DNA of 64,000 bases from Vicugna vicugna (Eukaryota), in assembly GCA_013265495.1 (NCBI GenBank), contig MU060876.1:456107-520106 (forward strand), read 5' to 3'. Below the pieces are notes generated by a model. The model ran no database searches, was not told where the DNA came from, and saw nothing but the letters and a program-made list of their open reading frames with translations. Shown one piece after another: positions 63,421 to 64,000 of this stretch. Numbering within the stretch: position 1 is the stretch's first letter; every line of letters begins with the position of its first letter. The position numbers and the translations under genes are program-made.

Positions 63421-64000
63421 TCATTTGTGCAGATAACATGATACCATATATAGAAAACCCTAAAGGCTCCACACAAAAACTACTAGAGCCAATAAGAGAA
63501 TTCAGCAGGATACAAGATTAACATACCAAAATAAGTGGCATTTCTTTACACTAACAATGAAATATCAGAAAAGGAACGTAAAGAAACAATCCCTTTTAAA
63601 ACTACGTCCCCAAAAATAAAATACTTAGAAATAAACCTGACCAAGGAAGTGAAAGACTTATATGTGAAGAACTACAGAACACTGACTAAGGAAATTAAAG
63701 ATGACTTAAAGAAATGGAAAGATATACCATGTTCTTGGATTGGAAGAATTAATATTGTTAAAATGGCAATAATACCCAAAGCCATCTACAGATTTAATGT
63801 GATCCCTATCAAATTACTCAGGACATTTTTCACAGAACAAGAACAAATAATCCTAAAATTTACATGGAATCACAAAAGACCCAGAATTGACAAAGCAATA
63901 CTGAAGAAAAAGAATGAAGTTGGAGGAATAACCCTCCCAGACTTCAGATAATACTACAGAGCTACAGTAATCAAAACAGCATGGTATTGGTACCAAAACA
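63421..64000 (+). mobile_element. 5'-truncated LINE-1 ORF2 fragment (end of RT domain onward), continues past the window edge
   Basis: ADNMIPYIENPK...[17 protein letters not shown]...GGITLPDFR; a small frameshifting deletion near 63505 and an in-frame TAA at 63949-63951. Confidence 0.96.

Overview
This is mammalian genomic DNA, very probably camelid (a vic-1-type SINE at 60842-60960). It covers the GFM1-LXN-RARRES1 locus. On the + strand are the last 12 coding exons of GFM1 (mitochondrial elongation factor G1; exons 7-18 by human numbering; 1230-29824; 470 aa + stop, frame intact; one GC-AG intron). The complete 6-exon latexin gene LXN (222 aa; - strand; 12512-18093) is nested antisense in GFM1 intron 13 and has its own CpG-island promoter. 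Its paralog RARRES1 (- strand) contributes exons 2-6 (34291-45683); exon 1 was not found and probably lies beyond the right edge. RARRES1 intron 1 holds a two-LTR, non-coding ERV1-class provirus of about 6.9 kb (50159-57045). It has an Arg-type PBS, gag-MA and env-TM relics, a nested solo LTR and a MIR-like segment in its leader. The rest is MIR, L2, L1, MLT1 and hAT fossils, three N runs and a (GT)n microsatellite. I found no convincing new gene system. The most interesting items are the provirus structure, a shifted RARRES1 exon-3 acceptor, a CpG island built from an old L2, phase-compatible RARRES1-to-LXN read-through, and a perfect AGGTCA direct repeat between the genes. All comparisons to human, mouse or repeat consensus sequences are from memory and were not run against databases; repeat boundaries are approximate.
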